From a virus, in IMG/VR virus record IMGVR_UViG_3300034069_002176: a stretch of DNA of 64,000 nt; one strand, written 5' to 3'. Below are positions 1 to 8,918 of this stretch, in pieces (the first letter of the stretch is position 1; each line of letters opens with the position of its first letter). The position numbers and the translations under genes were made by a program. The notes beneath the pieces were generated by a model, which ran no database searches, was not told the DNA's origin, and saw only the letters and a program-made list of their open reading frames with translations.

Positions 1-165
1 ATGTCGATGCTGAAATGCGGTAAAACCGATGATGACGGATCTGGTCACCTGAACTACGATGGATGTTCATGTCACAACACTCCCAAGACGCGTCGCAAGG
101 CTGCTCATAGCATCAAACGCAAAGGTGAGAAGGCATGGAAAAAGACCGAGAAGACGGCGTACTGA
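1..165 (+). CDS. Small basic Cys/His-containing hypothetical protein (54 aa visible; may extend upstream of the window)
   Basis: Frame-1 ORF MSMLKCGKTDDDGSGHLNYDGCSCHNTPKTRRKAAHSIKRKGEKAWKKTEKTAY, TGA at 163-165; read by hand, not in the ORF track. Confidence 0.4.
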   Translation: MSMLKCGKTDDDGSGHLNYDGCSCHNTPKTRRKAAHSIKRKGEKAWKKTEKTAY

Positions 166-173
166 CGCCAACC

Positions 174-1004
174 ATGCAATTGGTATGTCAGCCATCATGG
201 ATGCGTGATGAGATGGCGGTTTCTGGTGTACCTATGCATCACTCTTTCGGTATTGAGGTACCGAACTTTGAGGCTGATGACATCTGGTGGATGCCTCAGG
301 GATTCGCTGTTGAGATGAATCACGCATTGGATCATTATGGACTTAGGCAGGTCGTTCTGTCCGCACCGGGACCGGAACTTCTTCCAGGCATTTCCAAAGA
401 GTTCACCGGTCGTACTATTCGGCTTCTCAGCGCCGAAGAAGCGCTTGCTAATCCCGTCGAGGGTTGGTGGAAGTCAGCCGAAGCCAAAATCGAGAACTTC
501 CCGTCCGCATATCGGACCGCTGTTGAGCTTGTCAATGACATTAAAGACAACGTACTACCAGCCGATTCTGTGCTACACCACACCGATACGCTGCTATCGA
601 TTGCTCGGGAGTTCCGCTCCTTCATTGCGCACGACAAAGTTCTTTCTACATCGGTTTACCTTGTTGCGAACGAAGGTGTGCAGACTACCGTATATGACGG
701 CGCAGAAGCACTACCCGGAGACATCGAGAGAGTTCATGAGTTCCTCGACAACCTGATTAAATCAGTAGCATTACCACCGAGCGTGGTGGCTGATGTTGCC
801 ATCCTTGAAACCGGTGAAATCATCCTGTTGGAATTCAATCCTTCATGGTGCAGCGCTTGGTATAACAACGACATCAATGCCGTCGTGGAATGCATCGGTG
901 CAGGGTTTCATCTCAGTCCCGCTGAACTATCCAAATGGAAGTACGAACCAGATCCGTACTTTGTCGCGAAAGTTTCTAGAAGAGCGATTCTTCCGCTCCG
1001 TTGA
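174..1004 (+). CDS. ATP-grasp domain protein, R2K/DUF4343-like
   Basis: WWKSAEAK, REFRSFI, VVADVA and LLEFNPSWCSAWY match ATP-grasp R2K motifs; ATG 174 preferred over 135 because it avoids overlap with ORF 1..165. Confidence 0.7.
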   Translation: MQLVCQPSWMRDEMAVSGVPMHHSFGIEVPNFEADDIWWMPQGFAVEMNHALDHYGLRQVVLSAPGPELLPGISKEFTGRTIRLLSAEEALANPVEGWWKSAEAKIENFPSAYRTAVELVNDIKDNVLPADSVLHHTDTLLSIAREFRSFIAHDKVLSTSVYLVANEGVQTTVYDGAEALPGDIERVHEFLDNLIKSVALPPSVVADVAILETGEIILLEFNPSWCSAWYNNDINAVVECIGAGFHLSPAELSKWKYEPDPYFVAKVSRRAILPLR

Positions 1005-1743
1005 GACTCGATTCGAGGGCGGAGTACATCAATGACATCACGCCCTCAGTTGCAGTAACCGTGAGCCAACTGTATCGGTCAACCATGATTCGTTCCTGAG
1101 GTCGTTCGTCTTTGGCGGGCATGACAACAGAAGATCTGGTTTTGTGACGCATGATGAGGCGACCGTAACGGAATCCACGAGGAAGAAGATCGATGGAGTG
1201 CGGGGTGCCTTCTAGCAGCGCGATACGGGCGTTGGTATTCTGAGCCATCAAGAAATTGTGAGGGTGGTAGCAGTTAGCCGCCATAGTGATTGCATTCTTG
1301 AAAGCGTCTTTGCGTCGCCATGTGATGTAACGGCGAACGGCATCCATGTCTTTGAGCATGAATGCGCGAGCATCAAAAGTCGCAGGCATATTGTCGGGGA
1401 AAGAGCGAGACAAGGACACAGAAGCGAGTGATGCGGTCGTGGAAATCCATTTGTTCAAACGACCACCGAACCATAGCTGGCTGTTGGCGTTGGAAAGGTC
1501 CGAGAAGAACACGGTAATTTCGTCCGACTGGACGTAGGCGAACAGTGCGCCGGATACTTCTTTGACGAGGTGCACTGCGGCATCGTCCATAGCTGTCATG
1601 AACTTCAAGTCGAAGGGTCGCTTCAAGTCCTTGGTGTACTTTTTGAAAGAGCGCCCGTCCACTCGGATGGCATAGATGTGATGAGGCTCGACAAGGGTTT
1701 CAAGCTGCGCCTCTGCGTCTTTGAATTCGTCTAAGCCGGTCAT
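976..1743 (-). CDS. thg1: tRNA(His) guanylyltransferase Thg1 / Thg1-like 3'-5' polymerase
   Basis: IRVDGRSFKKYT, AYVQSDEIT, FDAR and WRRKDAFKNAI motifs; start trimmed to ATG 1743 (MTGLDEFK). Confidence 0.9.
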   Translation of the reverse strand: MTGLDEFKDAEAQLETLVEPHHIYAIRVDGRSFKKYTKDLKRPFDLKFMTAMDDAAVHLVKEVSGALFAYVQSDEITVFFSDLSNANSQLWFGGRLNKWISTTASLASVSLSRSFPDNMPATFDARAFMLKDMDAVRRYITWRRKDAFKNAITMAANCYHPHNFLMAQNTNARIALLEGTPHSIDLLPRGFRYGRLIMRHKTRSSVVMPAKDERPQERIMVDRYSWLTVTATEGVMSLMYSALESSLNGAEESLF

Positions 1744-1785
1744 AAGTCCAGTGTATCCACAACCTCCGGCATTCGCCAAAGGATT

Positions 1786-1806
1786 GTCACTACTCGGCGC
1801 TAGAAT
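1786..1806 (+). promoter_or_regulatory. Class II promoter GTC-N12-TAGAAT
   Basis: GTC 1786-88 + 12 nt + TAGAAT 1801-06, upstream of leader-family gene 1838. Confidence 0.7.
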
Positions 1807-1837
1807 TGACGAGCACGCTTCTTCGAAAGGCTTACTT

Positions 1838-2734
1838 ATGTCCAACCTGAATCCCGAGCTTCGCCCTGACAAGAATGGCAAGTTGGTTACCCGCCATGTC
1901 AAGCAGGACGAGCCAGTTTCTTTGAGGATCGTAGGTGCTAAGCCAGTTTCTCCCGCCGTTACTCCGAGCCGTATCACCACGGATACAAGCTATGACGTAG
2001 CACAGGAGGCGTTCGATGAACTGAATCCTGGCAACGAAGAGCTATTCGAGCATTTCTTCCTAGGTAGTACCGAAGAGTCAGATTACGAAGAGCAAATTCT
2101 TGCCGAAAATCCTGAGTTGGATTTTGAAGAAATCAAGCAGACTGCCCTCGCCAATGGCTTTACCGGCTATTGGCTTAACGACGAGAACCTGAATTTCCCT
2201 GAAGATGTAGAGCCTAAAATCGCATCGCGTGATTACGGCGATATCCTCAGCGAGCTTCAATTGATGAACAACACCACCCACGGATCAGAGGCGTTGCGAT
2301 TGGGTGACAACGACCTTGAAGTGTACGCAGCTTATGCCGAGCTAAATGGACCTGATGACGTGCAGAAGGTCGTTACGAATGCTGATGCAGCATACCGAGG
2401 CAGTTTCCGCGCGGATGAGGACTTTGCAGAGGACATGTTCGTTTCCACCTTCGGTTATTCCTCGCAGGAGGGTATCGAAGAACTCAGTAATCACATTGAT
2501 TGGGACCGAGTAGCCGTCAACATGACCCTTGACGAAATGGGCATCGAGGAAGACACCGATGAAGACGATGAGAACGGTTTAGATCGTTCTCCCACCGCCG
2601 ACGAAGCTCGTGATTATTTCGAGAACTCCATTGGTGATGTGTCCAGCATTTCCAACCTCGTCGATTGGAGCACCTATTCCCGTTCGGTGTTGAACGATTA
2701 CAGCGAATACAAGGGACACTACTTCCGTAATTGA
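1838..2734 (+). CDS. DKNGK-leader protein with ArdA-like antirestriction (DNA-mimic) body
   Basis: Start ATG 1838 after SD GAAAGG: MSNLNPELRPDKNGKLVTRHVK. Very acidic body; AYRGSFRADEDFAEDM, IDWDRVAVNM and VDWSTYSRSVLNDYSEYKGHYFRN resemble ArdA. Confidence 0.65.
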   Translation: MSNLNPELRPDKNGKLVTRHVKQDEPVSLRIVGAKPVSPAVTPSRITTDTSYDVAQEAFDELNPGNEELFEHFFLGSTEESDYEEQILAENPELDFEEIKQTALANGFTGYWLNDENLNFPEDVEPKIASRDYGDILSELQLMNNTTHGSEALRLGDNDLEVYAAYAELNGPDDVQKVVTNADAAYRGSFRADEDFAEDMFVSTFGYSSQEGIEELSNHIDWDRVAVNMTLDEMGIEEDTDEDDENGLDRSPTADEARDYFENSIGDVSSISNLVDWSTYSRSVLNDYSEYKGHYFRN

Positions 2735-2759
2735 GTTTACGCTCTAACTCTGGTAGTCT
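2731..2759 (+). promoter_or_regulatory. SigA-type promoter, leaderless start
   Basis: TTGAGT-N17-TAGTCT, 6 nt before ATG 2766. Confidence 0.55.
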
Positions 2760-2765
2760 CTAACT

Positions 2766-3668
2766 ATGACTCTGAGTTTTGATGCCGTGCGCGAAGCGCG
2801 CAACCGACTTCAGTATCTCGATCATCTCTTTGGCACGCCGGATAGCTGGGACTGTGGTGCTACATCAATCGATTCCGGTATTGGCGCACCATACAAATGG
2901 ATGCACACCAAAAGTAGGTTTGTTCCATGCAGCGTTGCAATGTACGACATGCTGTTCTCCGAAATGATTCCTGAGCACGAGGATGAATGGCGAGCATCTC
3001 AGCTTCGTTCCGTAGTCAAAGAAGCGAAGGGTGAGCGGTTCGATGTCGCACTGACCATTGACATCATTGTTGGTTGGATTCGCCGCCCCGATGTGTGGAA
3101 TGATGTCAGCAACAACGGTAAGTTCGTTGAGGTCAATGCACTGAGCACTGATGACGAGTCGCCGTTCTACACGGAGCAGCGATGGTCTCTTATGTGCAAG
3201 GCTGTTGCGACCAATAATTCGGTGATGCCGCGAGCCGCTATCGAATCACTAGATGACTCCATCTTCTCCAAAGAAGGATGGATGACAACGAACTACAACC
3301 GATTCGTCGAGGCGGCTATCGACCTTGACTACGATGCAAGTGTCGCCCGTATCCTCACACGCCCACTTATCAACATCGAAACGACAGATGACTTCATCGG
3401 AACGCTTGATACGAAATATGGTGATGCCCTACCGTGGCTTGCAGCTTTGGAAACGCTGATGTCCGAGAAGGTAAAATTTACCGGCAGCGAATACACGTTG
3501 CAGAAGAAGGTAGCGCGAAGCTACAAGAACAATCTCTTGCCAAAGGACATCATCAAGTGGGGTAAGCTCGGTGTACCTTTCGATCAGATGCTTGTTTATG
3601 CCAAGAATGGCATCGACGAAGATATCCTCAGCATGATGCTGTCAAGAAACCCAGGATTACCAGAATGA
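2766..3668 (+). CDS. Hypothetical protein with shared C-terminal GI..NGID motif
   Basis: 300 aa; C-terminus LLPKDIIKWGKLGVPFDQMLVYAKNGIDEDILSMM resembles ORFs 6320, 8301, 8915 and 23558. Confidence 0.75.
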   Translation: MTLSFDAVREARNRLQYLDHLFGTPDSWDCGATSIDSGIGAPYKWMHTKSRFVPCSVAMYDMLFSEMIPEHEDEWRASQLRSVVKEAKGERFDVALTIDIIVGWIRRPDVWNDVSNNGKFVEVNALSTDDESPFYTEQRWSLMCKAVATNNSVMPRAAIESLDDSIFSKEGWMTTNYNRFVEAAIDLDYDASVARILTRPLINIETTDDFIGTLDTKYGDALPWLAALETLMSEKVKFTGSEYTLQKKVARSYKNNLLPKDIIKWGKLGVPFDQMLVYAKNGIDEDILSMMLSRNPGLPE

Positions 3669-3738
3669 GTTGCATTATGAGTCGAAACCCGTATGATGTG
3701 GGAGTGCATATTGTGACCTATTTGTGGGGCGGTGAGAT

Positions 3739-4221
3739 TTGATGGCGGAACCGTCCCTCACCACCGAATCTCCGAACCTCCGTAACAGGTGGATTCGCTA
3801 CGTCCATACGGATGAAGAAACTGGTCGCGACAGCATTCAAGTGACTCAGATTGTCACCGTGGAAGTCATCTACGCTAGACCCCAAAGTCATCGCGATCTT
3901 GACCACACAGACAAGGCTTATGTCGAGTGGTTGATGAATCAAGATGGCAATGGGAAAATTGCTCAGTTGAACATTCTTACATTGTCTCCACAGCAGGTAA
4001 TCGATGACGATGACCCCGAAGTGATGATTAATGTCCCCTATAGCGCCCTGGGTAAGCCAGACAAGGTTGTTGAATTCTCACTTGCGACGGTGCCGGAAGT
4101 GCTCGCCACTATCAATCGCCTTGCTGAAAAACATCACGATCTAGTGAGCCGTCTGGTGGAGCATTACGGTCTCGTTAAGCTCACTGATGGTACTTACACG
4201 TTCCCTCGCCGTAACGGTTGA
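3739..4221 (+). CDS. Hypothetical protein
   Basis: 160-aa ORF with a TTGCAT..TATGAT promoter-like sequence upstream. Confidence 0.7.
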   Translation: MMAEPSLTTESPNLRNRWIRYVHTDEETGRDSIQVTQIVTVEVIYARPQSHRDLDHTDKAYVEWLMNQDGNGKIAQLNILTLSPQQVIDDDDPEVMINVPYSALGKPDKVVEFSLATVPEVLATINRLAEKHHDLVSRLVEHYGLVKLTDGTYTFPRRNG

Positions 4222-4293
4222 GACGTACCCCCAGAAGTGGTGAACACCTTTGGTTCTCGCATCGTGCTTATGCCGCATAGGTAACCTAGATGA

Positions 4294-4569
4294 ATGAGCA
4301 CCACATTAGAAGCGCCCCTAGAAGTACAAGAATCCATCGTTTACCGTCGTTACGAAGGCGGTCTTGTACAGGTTGTGCGCATTGTCGAAGATGACAAGAC
4401 ATGCGAAAATATGGTTGTCTATTCCGAACTGAGCAACCCGTGCAATTGGAAAGTGAGTTCTTTTGACGACTTCACTGAGCAGGTGCTTGAAGACGGCAGG
4501 ACCGTTCCGCGTCATGTCAGAACAGATACCGTCATTGGTAGCATCGGCGGGCTCGTCCTAGCTCGTTGA
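4294..4569 (+). CDS. DUF1653-like protein
   Basis: VYRRYEGGLVQVVRIVEDDKTCENMVVYSEL..WKVSSFDDFTEQV..GRTVPR follows the DUF1653 pattern. Confidence 0.65.
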   Translation: MSTTLEAPLEVQESIVYRRYEGGLVQVVRIVEDDKTCENMVVYSELSNPCNWKVSSFDDFTEQVLEDGRTVPRHVRTDTVIGSIGGLVLAR

Positions 4570-4570
4570 T

Positions 4571-4591
4571 GTCATTCCCCGCTGCTACTAT
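4571..4591 (+). promoter_or_regulatory. Class II promoter GTC-N12-TACTAT
   Basis: GTC 4571-73, TACTAT 4586-91, SD AAAGGAG, then ATG 4611. Confidence 0.7.
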
Positions 4592-4610
4592 GTAGTCAAA
4601 GGAGAAACAC

Positions 4611-5279
4611 ATGTCGAACCCCACCGTTTCCACCCCGATTGTCGATAAGAACGGCAAGCTCACCACCGTGCACAAGAAGGTTGATGGTGAAGCGGGTAAG
4701 AGCCAGCGTGTTCCTGCCACCATTTCTTTGGCTGTAGACAGCCCAGATTTCGAACACTTCAATGCTGAAGAAATCGACCGTGTAATGCCTGGCAATCCAA
4801 TTCAGCAGGCAGAGGATGCTCCAGGAATGACTATCGAGGTAGACAAGCAAAGTTCCGCATTGCTTTTCCCTCGCGGCGGCAAGCCCGATGTCATGGTGAT
4901 GGAGACATTCTTCGGAACTCGTGTCTACGTCAGCTTCGGTGACGTTGACGTAGCCCACATCATCGCTACCGAACGTGGAGATGACCCCACCGAAGCCAAG
5001 CTCGCTGAGATTCGCGAGGAAATTGCGCCGCGCTATGAAGCAATGAAATCAGCAATGGCACGAAATGGTTTCGAGATCGACCCCGATCCGGTAGAAGACG
5101 GCAAGGAATACTGGTCGAACAGCTTCATCATCGAAGACCGTGAATCCATCGATTCGTGGAGTGATATCGCTAGAGAAATCGAAGAACATGGTGGAGCTAG
5201 CGAACTAGTCGATTTCCTTTCGGAAGAACCAGACACTAACCTTCATGACATTCTCTGGGAATCGCTCGAACTAGACTAG
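4611..5279 (+). CDS. DKNGK-leader protein, acidic body of unknown function
   Basis: MSNPTVSTPIVDKNGKLTTVHKKVD; strong SD. Confidence 0.85.
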   Translation: MSNPTVSTPIVDKNGKLTTVHKKVDGEAGKSQRVPATISLAVDSPDFEHFNAEEIDRVMPGNPIQQAEDAPGMTIEVDKQSSALLFPRGGKPDVMVMETFFGTRVYVSFGDVDVAHIIATERGDDPTEAKLAEIREEIAPRYEAMKSAMARNGFEIDPDPVEDGKEYWSNSFIIEDRESIDSWSDIAREIEEHGGASELVDFLSEEPDTNLHDILWESLELD

Positions 5280-5280
5280 G

Positions 5281-5309
5281 TTGACAATCAGTTATTCTTC
5301 AACTAACCT
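5281..5309 (+). promoter_or_regulatory. SigA-type promoter, leaderless start
   Basis: TTGACA-N17-TAACCT, 6 nt before ATG 5316. Confidence 0.65.
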
Positions 5310-5315
5310 TGGAGT

Positions 5316-5906
5316 ATGAAGAATCCTGAGACCAACGAGCTTGTATTCACCGAGACGATTGTTCGCGACCCCGCGACACGTAACGTCATCGACGAGTTCA
5401 AGCAGATTCAGGATGTCGTTGCCATCCGAGCTATGCTAGCTCCGAAGCGCAACAAGTTCATCAACGTCTGCATGAACCTCTCGTCCGACTTCAACAAGGC
5501 GACCATCGTCCGCACGTCCAATGCCTTCTTGGCACAGGAGACGTGGCTTGTAGGCGCGCGCAAGTTCGATCCGCGCGGAACCGTTGGAACTCATCACTAC
5601 GAGACGTTGAAGCAGCACGAGGATTGGTCCTTCGTCCGCGACTACCTGCGTTCTGATGGTTATACCCTGTACGCTGTGGACAACATTGACTCGTATGAGC
5701 CGCAGTCGTTCTGGGATGTCGAGTACCCGGAGAAGTCCGCATTTATCTATGGTGAAGAGCAGCTAGGTCTCTCCGCCTCTGTAATCGACGATTGTGATGC
5801 GATGGTGTACATTCCCATGCAGGGCAGCGTTCGTTCGTTGAACGCCGCCACAGCGGCTGCTATCCTTATGTCCGAGTACACGCGCCAGCACCGACTTGAC
5901 GTTTAG
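5316..5906 (+). CDS. TrmH/SpoU family RNA 2'-O-methyltransferase
   Basis: NLSSDFNKATIVRTSNAF, IYGEEQLGLS and IPMQGSVRSLNAATAAAI are SPOUT motifs. Confidence 0.9.
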   Translation: MKNPETNELVFTETIVRDPATRNVIDEFKQIQDVVAIRAMLAPKRNKFINVCMNLSSDFNKATIVRTSNAFLAQETWLVGARKFDPRGTVGTHHYETLKQHEDWSFVRDYLRSDGYTLYAVDNIDSYEPQSFWDVEYPEKSAFIYGEEQLGLSASVIDDCDAMVYIPMQGSVRSLNAATAAAILMSEYTRQHRLDV

Positions 5907-5951
5907 AGTTCGACTCGTGCATAATGCTCGATACATAGAAACGAGCTACCC

Positions 5952-6323
5952 GTGAAACCCGTAGAATACCGCAAAGAGCTAGAAGCACTGACGTTTGAGT
6001 CCATCGATAAGACGATTGGCTTCTACCGTCGCCGTATCTTTTTCGAGATCCTTCTTGGTGTGTTCTCGTGGTTCATTGGTTCGTTTGCGGCGCTAAACCT
6101 GTTTCTTATTGCATTCACTCCCGCGTTTGCTAAATCGGACAGCACTCTTGGGTGGATTCTTTATCTCATATCTTCACTGATGCTCGTTTATGGGTTCTTT
6201 TCCGCTGCCCGTAATTGCAACTACGGGATGATTCTCGACCGTCGTCGCATCAACATGATTCAAAATGAAGTTGACGAGAAAAAGAAACGAGAAAAGCTAG
6301 CCGCAGAAGAAGATTCATCTTGA
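5952..6323 (+). CDS. Two-TM membrane protein
   Basis: Two hydrophobic segments; GTG start. Confidence 0.7.
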   Translation: MKPVEYRKELEALTFESIDKTIGFYRRRIFFEILLGVFSWFIGSFAALNLFLIAFTPAFAKSDSTLGWILYLISSLMLVYGFFSAARNCNYGMILDRRRINMIQNEVDEKKKREKLAAEEDSS

Positions 6324-7228
6324 ATTTCGAAGATTGGGTTTGGGATGGCGTAGAAACTTCATCCGTCAAGGAAACCTATCGAGGTGGCATACCGGCATCA
6401 TCCGCTTATGTCTTTCCCATGCGCCGCAATATCGACAAGGCGTTACTCGCTCTCTATGGCGATAATGTCGTTCAAGAATTCGCTTCATCTCGTTTTGGAA
6501 CAGCTTTGGGTAATGGCGGAATCGGGAAGAACTCCGGGAGATTCCACCGCGTGAGCGCTACGGGGGCGGCTCGGGGTTGGTTCAGAAATCGTGATTTCTG
6601 GGACACTCACTTGATTGCTCGTACTAGTTGGGTACCTCATTTCACTATTGACTCCAAAGTGTTCGGAATGGACTCTTCTGTACTAAGTTATGTCGGCGCA
6701 TTATTCGGTTCGGAAGAGAAAGCATCACCTGAAGTCCGTATCGATTACTCGTATTGGTTGGAAAAACACCGAGGAAGAGTTGCAGCAGAATCAGTGATGA
6801 GTTTGGTTGATATCACCGGTATGTCATTCGACGACTATTCCTTAGCCACACGTATTGCTGATTACGATCACCATATGTCGTCGCCTTTTGAAACTGAACA
6901 AAGTGTTGGTGGATTGGGTGCACCCCGAGGTTTCGCCGCATTCAGGTATCAAGAAGCGCTGCGTTGGTCGAAGACTATTTCTAATGAGCTATCCAACCAC
7001 CATTCCTCCTTTCAAACCTGGGGGTGGATATGCACCATGCGGAATCGACGCGAAGACAAAAATAGAATCATCGATGAAATCATTTCTCTGACCAATGCCG
7101 GGGCTACGCCGCTGTACTGCTCAAAGATGATGAAGCTAGGAATCAAATCTCCGAAAGTCATCGAAATGGTCCTGAATGGCACAATCGACCTCGATATCGC
7201 AAAAAGTCTTACCAGTGTTAGCTTGTAA
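6320..7228 (+). CDS. Hypothetical protein with shared C-terminal GI..N.ID motif
   Basis: C-terminus NAGATPLYCSKMMKLGIKSPKVIEMVLNGTIDLDIAKSL; 4-nt overlap with the upstream stop. Confidence 0.75.
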   Translation: MNFEDWVWDGVETSSVKETYRGGIPASSAYVFPMRRNIDKALLALYGDNVVQEFASSRFGTALGNGGIGKNSGRFHRVSATGAARGWFRNRDFWDTHLIARTSWVPHFTIDSKVFGMDSSVLSYVGALFGSEEKASPEVRIDYSYWLEKHRGRVAAESVMSLVDITGMSFDDYSLATRIADYDHHMSSPFETEQSVGGLGAPRGFAAFRYQEALRWSKTISNELSNHHSSFQTWGWICTMRNRREDKNRIIDEIISLTNAGATPLYCSKMMKLGIKSPKVIEMVLNGTIDLDIAKSLTSVSL

Positions 7229-7258
7229 ACTTGCCAGAAGTCGTAACAAGCCTGTAAC

Positions 7259-7402
7259 ATGATTGACATGTTAACCTTCATTAAATCACTCTTTGGTGCC
7301 CACAAGGCGTCCAAGAGTCAATCCGCCTACGAGACGGAAAGTTCTACCTACGGCACGCGTCCTGAATCTGCACAGATTACGATGCTTCGCTCGATGCGCT
7401 AA
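7259..7402 (+). CDS. Small hypothetical protein (47 aa)
   Basis: ORF MIDMLTFIKSLFGAHKASKSQSAYETESSTYGTRPESAQITMLRSMR read by hand; fills the gap before a terminator. Confidence 0.35.
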   Translation: MIDMLTFIKSLFGAHKASKSQSAYETESSTYGTRPESAQITMLRSMR

Positions 7403-7458
7403 ATCTTTTCCAACTCACACGACTATCTAGATAGTCCACTTCCAGTAAGTGCCAACCA

Positions 7459-7499
7459 AGGCTGACCCTTAGAAATACCTCAGGGTCAGCCTTTCGTTT
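7459..7499. terminator. Bidirectional intrinsic terminator
   Basis: AGGCTGACCCT / AGGGTCAGCCT stem followed by TTCGTTT, between convergent genes. Confidence 0.75.
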
Positions 7500-7501
7500 G
7501 C

Positions 7502-8185
7502 CTACTTGAAAGTACGAATAGGGCGGGTATGAGTACCGATGATGCGGTTAGACTGCGTAACCGTTCGCACACTTTCGGTCACCACATGAATACTCCCGGT
7601 AAGAGCTTCGGCAAGACGGTCGTCAATGTCACGGATGGCGTATTCTGGAATACCCTTGCGGGCGGCAATCATGAGCATGGTAAGTGCCACAATATTTGCG
7701 GCTACAGTGAAGAACTCACCGATGAGTTGGGTGTTCAAACCACTAAATGCGTAATAGCCCGACCATGCCATAGCTGAAGTGATAGCCAGTGTTTTCGTCA
7801 CGCTCATCTTGGTGATGAAGATGGCAATAGTGCCGAGGAAAGATCCAACGAGCGGTAGCCATTCGTAAGCCGCCATTGTTCCGAAATCAGCGCTAAGAGC
7901 GAATGAAGTCGAGTAAATAGCAAGGAATACCAACAGCACTCCCTAATGATTCATCCACGGGTATCGTTTCTCAGCGAGTAGGAGGATGGTTGTCTGGGCG
8001 ATGCCTACGAGGCACAGAATAACGGTAGAGAGCGGGTCGTGAGAGATGAGTAGCTGGATGACAACAAGCACCGATGTGGTGACCGAGAACGTCAATAAGC
8101 GACCTCGGTGCACAGACAGCGCCGAGATAATGAGTGTCGCTGATGCAATCACTCCAAGAATCAGAACAATAGAGGTATTAGCCAT
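7502..8185 (-). CDS. YgjV-like multi-TM membrane protein interrupted by one in-frame TAG (readthrough candidate or pseudogene)
   Basis: ORFs 7943..8185 and 7502..7939 are in the same frame, joined as ...RYPWMNH-TAG-GVLLVFL...; the joined protein follows the YgjV pattern (LPLVGSFLGTIA, AWSGYY, GEFFTVAAN). Confidence 0.65.
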
Positions 8186-8264
8186 CGGAGGCTACTTCCT
8201 TTCGGTAGAAGCCGCCGATGGCTTTTCTTTTGGTAGATCTAAGGTAACACGGTAGTACCTTTGG

Positions 8265-8294
8265 TTGACAAGAACCGAATAATTAGCTTAGTCT
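8265..8294 (+). promoter_or_regulatory. SigA-type promoter, leaderless start
   Basis: TTGACA-N18-TAGTCT, 6 nt before ATG 8301. Confidence 0.65.
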
Positions 8295-8300
8295 TGCACT

Positions 8301-8918
8301 ATGGGTAGATTTAGTGGTGTTGGTAACGGGCGGGACTATGCCGTTGCTTCATCCTTCACCCTAGGCGCTGTTCTTGTCTTCACCTTCCTCGCGCTGCCTT
8401 TTCCTCATTCCGCTCTGCGCTACATTCCGTTGTCATTTGCTGGGTTAGCACTTGTTGCATATATCTTCATTTCGGTCGAGCGAGCCAAGTGCACCGGAGT
8501 GATTTTCCCGACAGTGCTACGTCGTTTCAAATCGGATGGAATTCATGATGTTCACGCCGTGGCTGTTGCCTCAGTATGGACTTCTCACAAACGACTGTTC
8601 GATTACTTCGTGGATAAAGGAATCGAGATGGATGATGCATTCCTTTGGATTTGCGCATGTACCCAACTGAGATTCACCCGCAGCGAAATCACTATTGTCA
8701 AGTCAGCGGTCGTAGAGATTGATGCAGCGGGGATGACTCCAGACCGTTTCGTATCGTTCTATCTCGCGGGAATCGAAAAGAAAGATGACTTTATCACTAT
8801 TGCCGAAAATGACTTGGACATGAACATCGTCATGGAAGTTTTCCCTTTGGTTCATCAGCAAGAAAGACGCATTGCTCGTATCAACTCCGCATACAAGCCG
8901 TTAGGTATCCTCGTATGA
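8301..8918 (+). CDS. Two-TM protein with shared C-terminal GI..ND.D motif
   Basis: N-terminal TM pair; AAGMTPDRFVSFYLAGIEKKDDFITIAENDLDMNIV. Confidence 0.75.
   Translation: MGRFSGVGNGRDYAVASSFTLGAVLVFTFLALPFPHSALRYIPLSFAGLALVAYIFISVERAKCTGVIFPTVLRRFKSDGIHDVHAVAVASVWTSHKRLFDYFVDKGIEMDDAFLWICACTQLRFTRSEITIVKSAVVEIDAAGMTPDRFVSFYLAGIEKKDDFITIAENDLDMNIVMEVFPLVHQQERRIARINSAYKPLGILV

Noticed and set aside
7421-7436. Perfect palindrome GACTATCTAGATAGTC; also TAGATATCTA near 30094 and 36643
   Set aside because: No common position relative to promoters and no shared consensus; they could be chance or terminator-associated.
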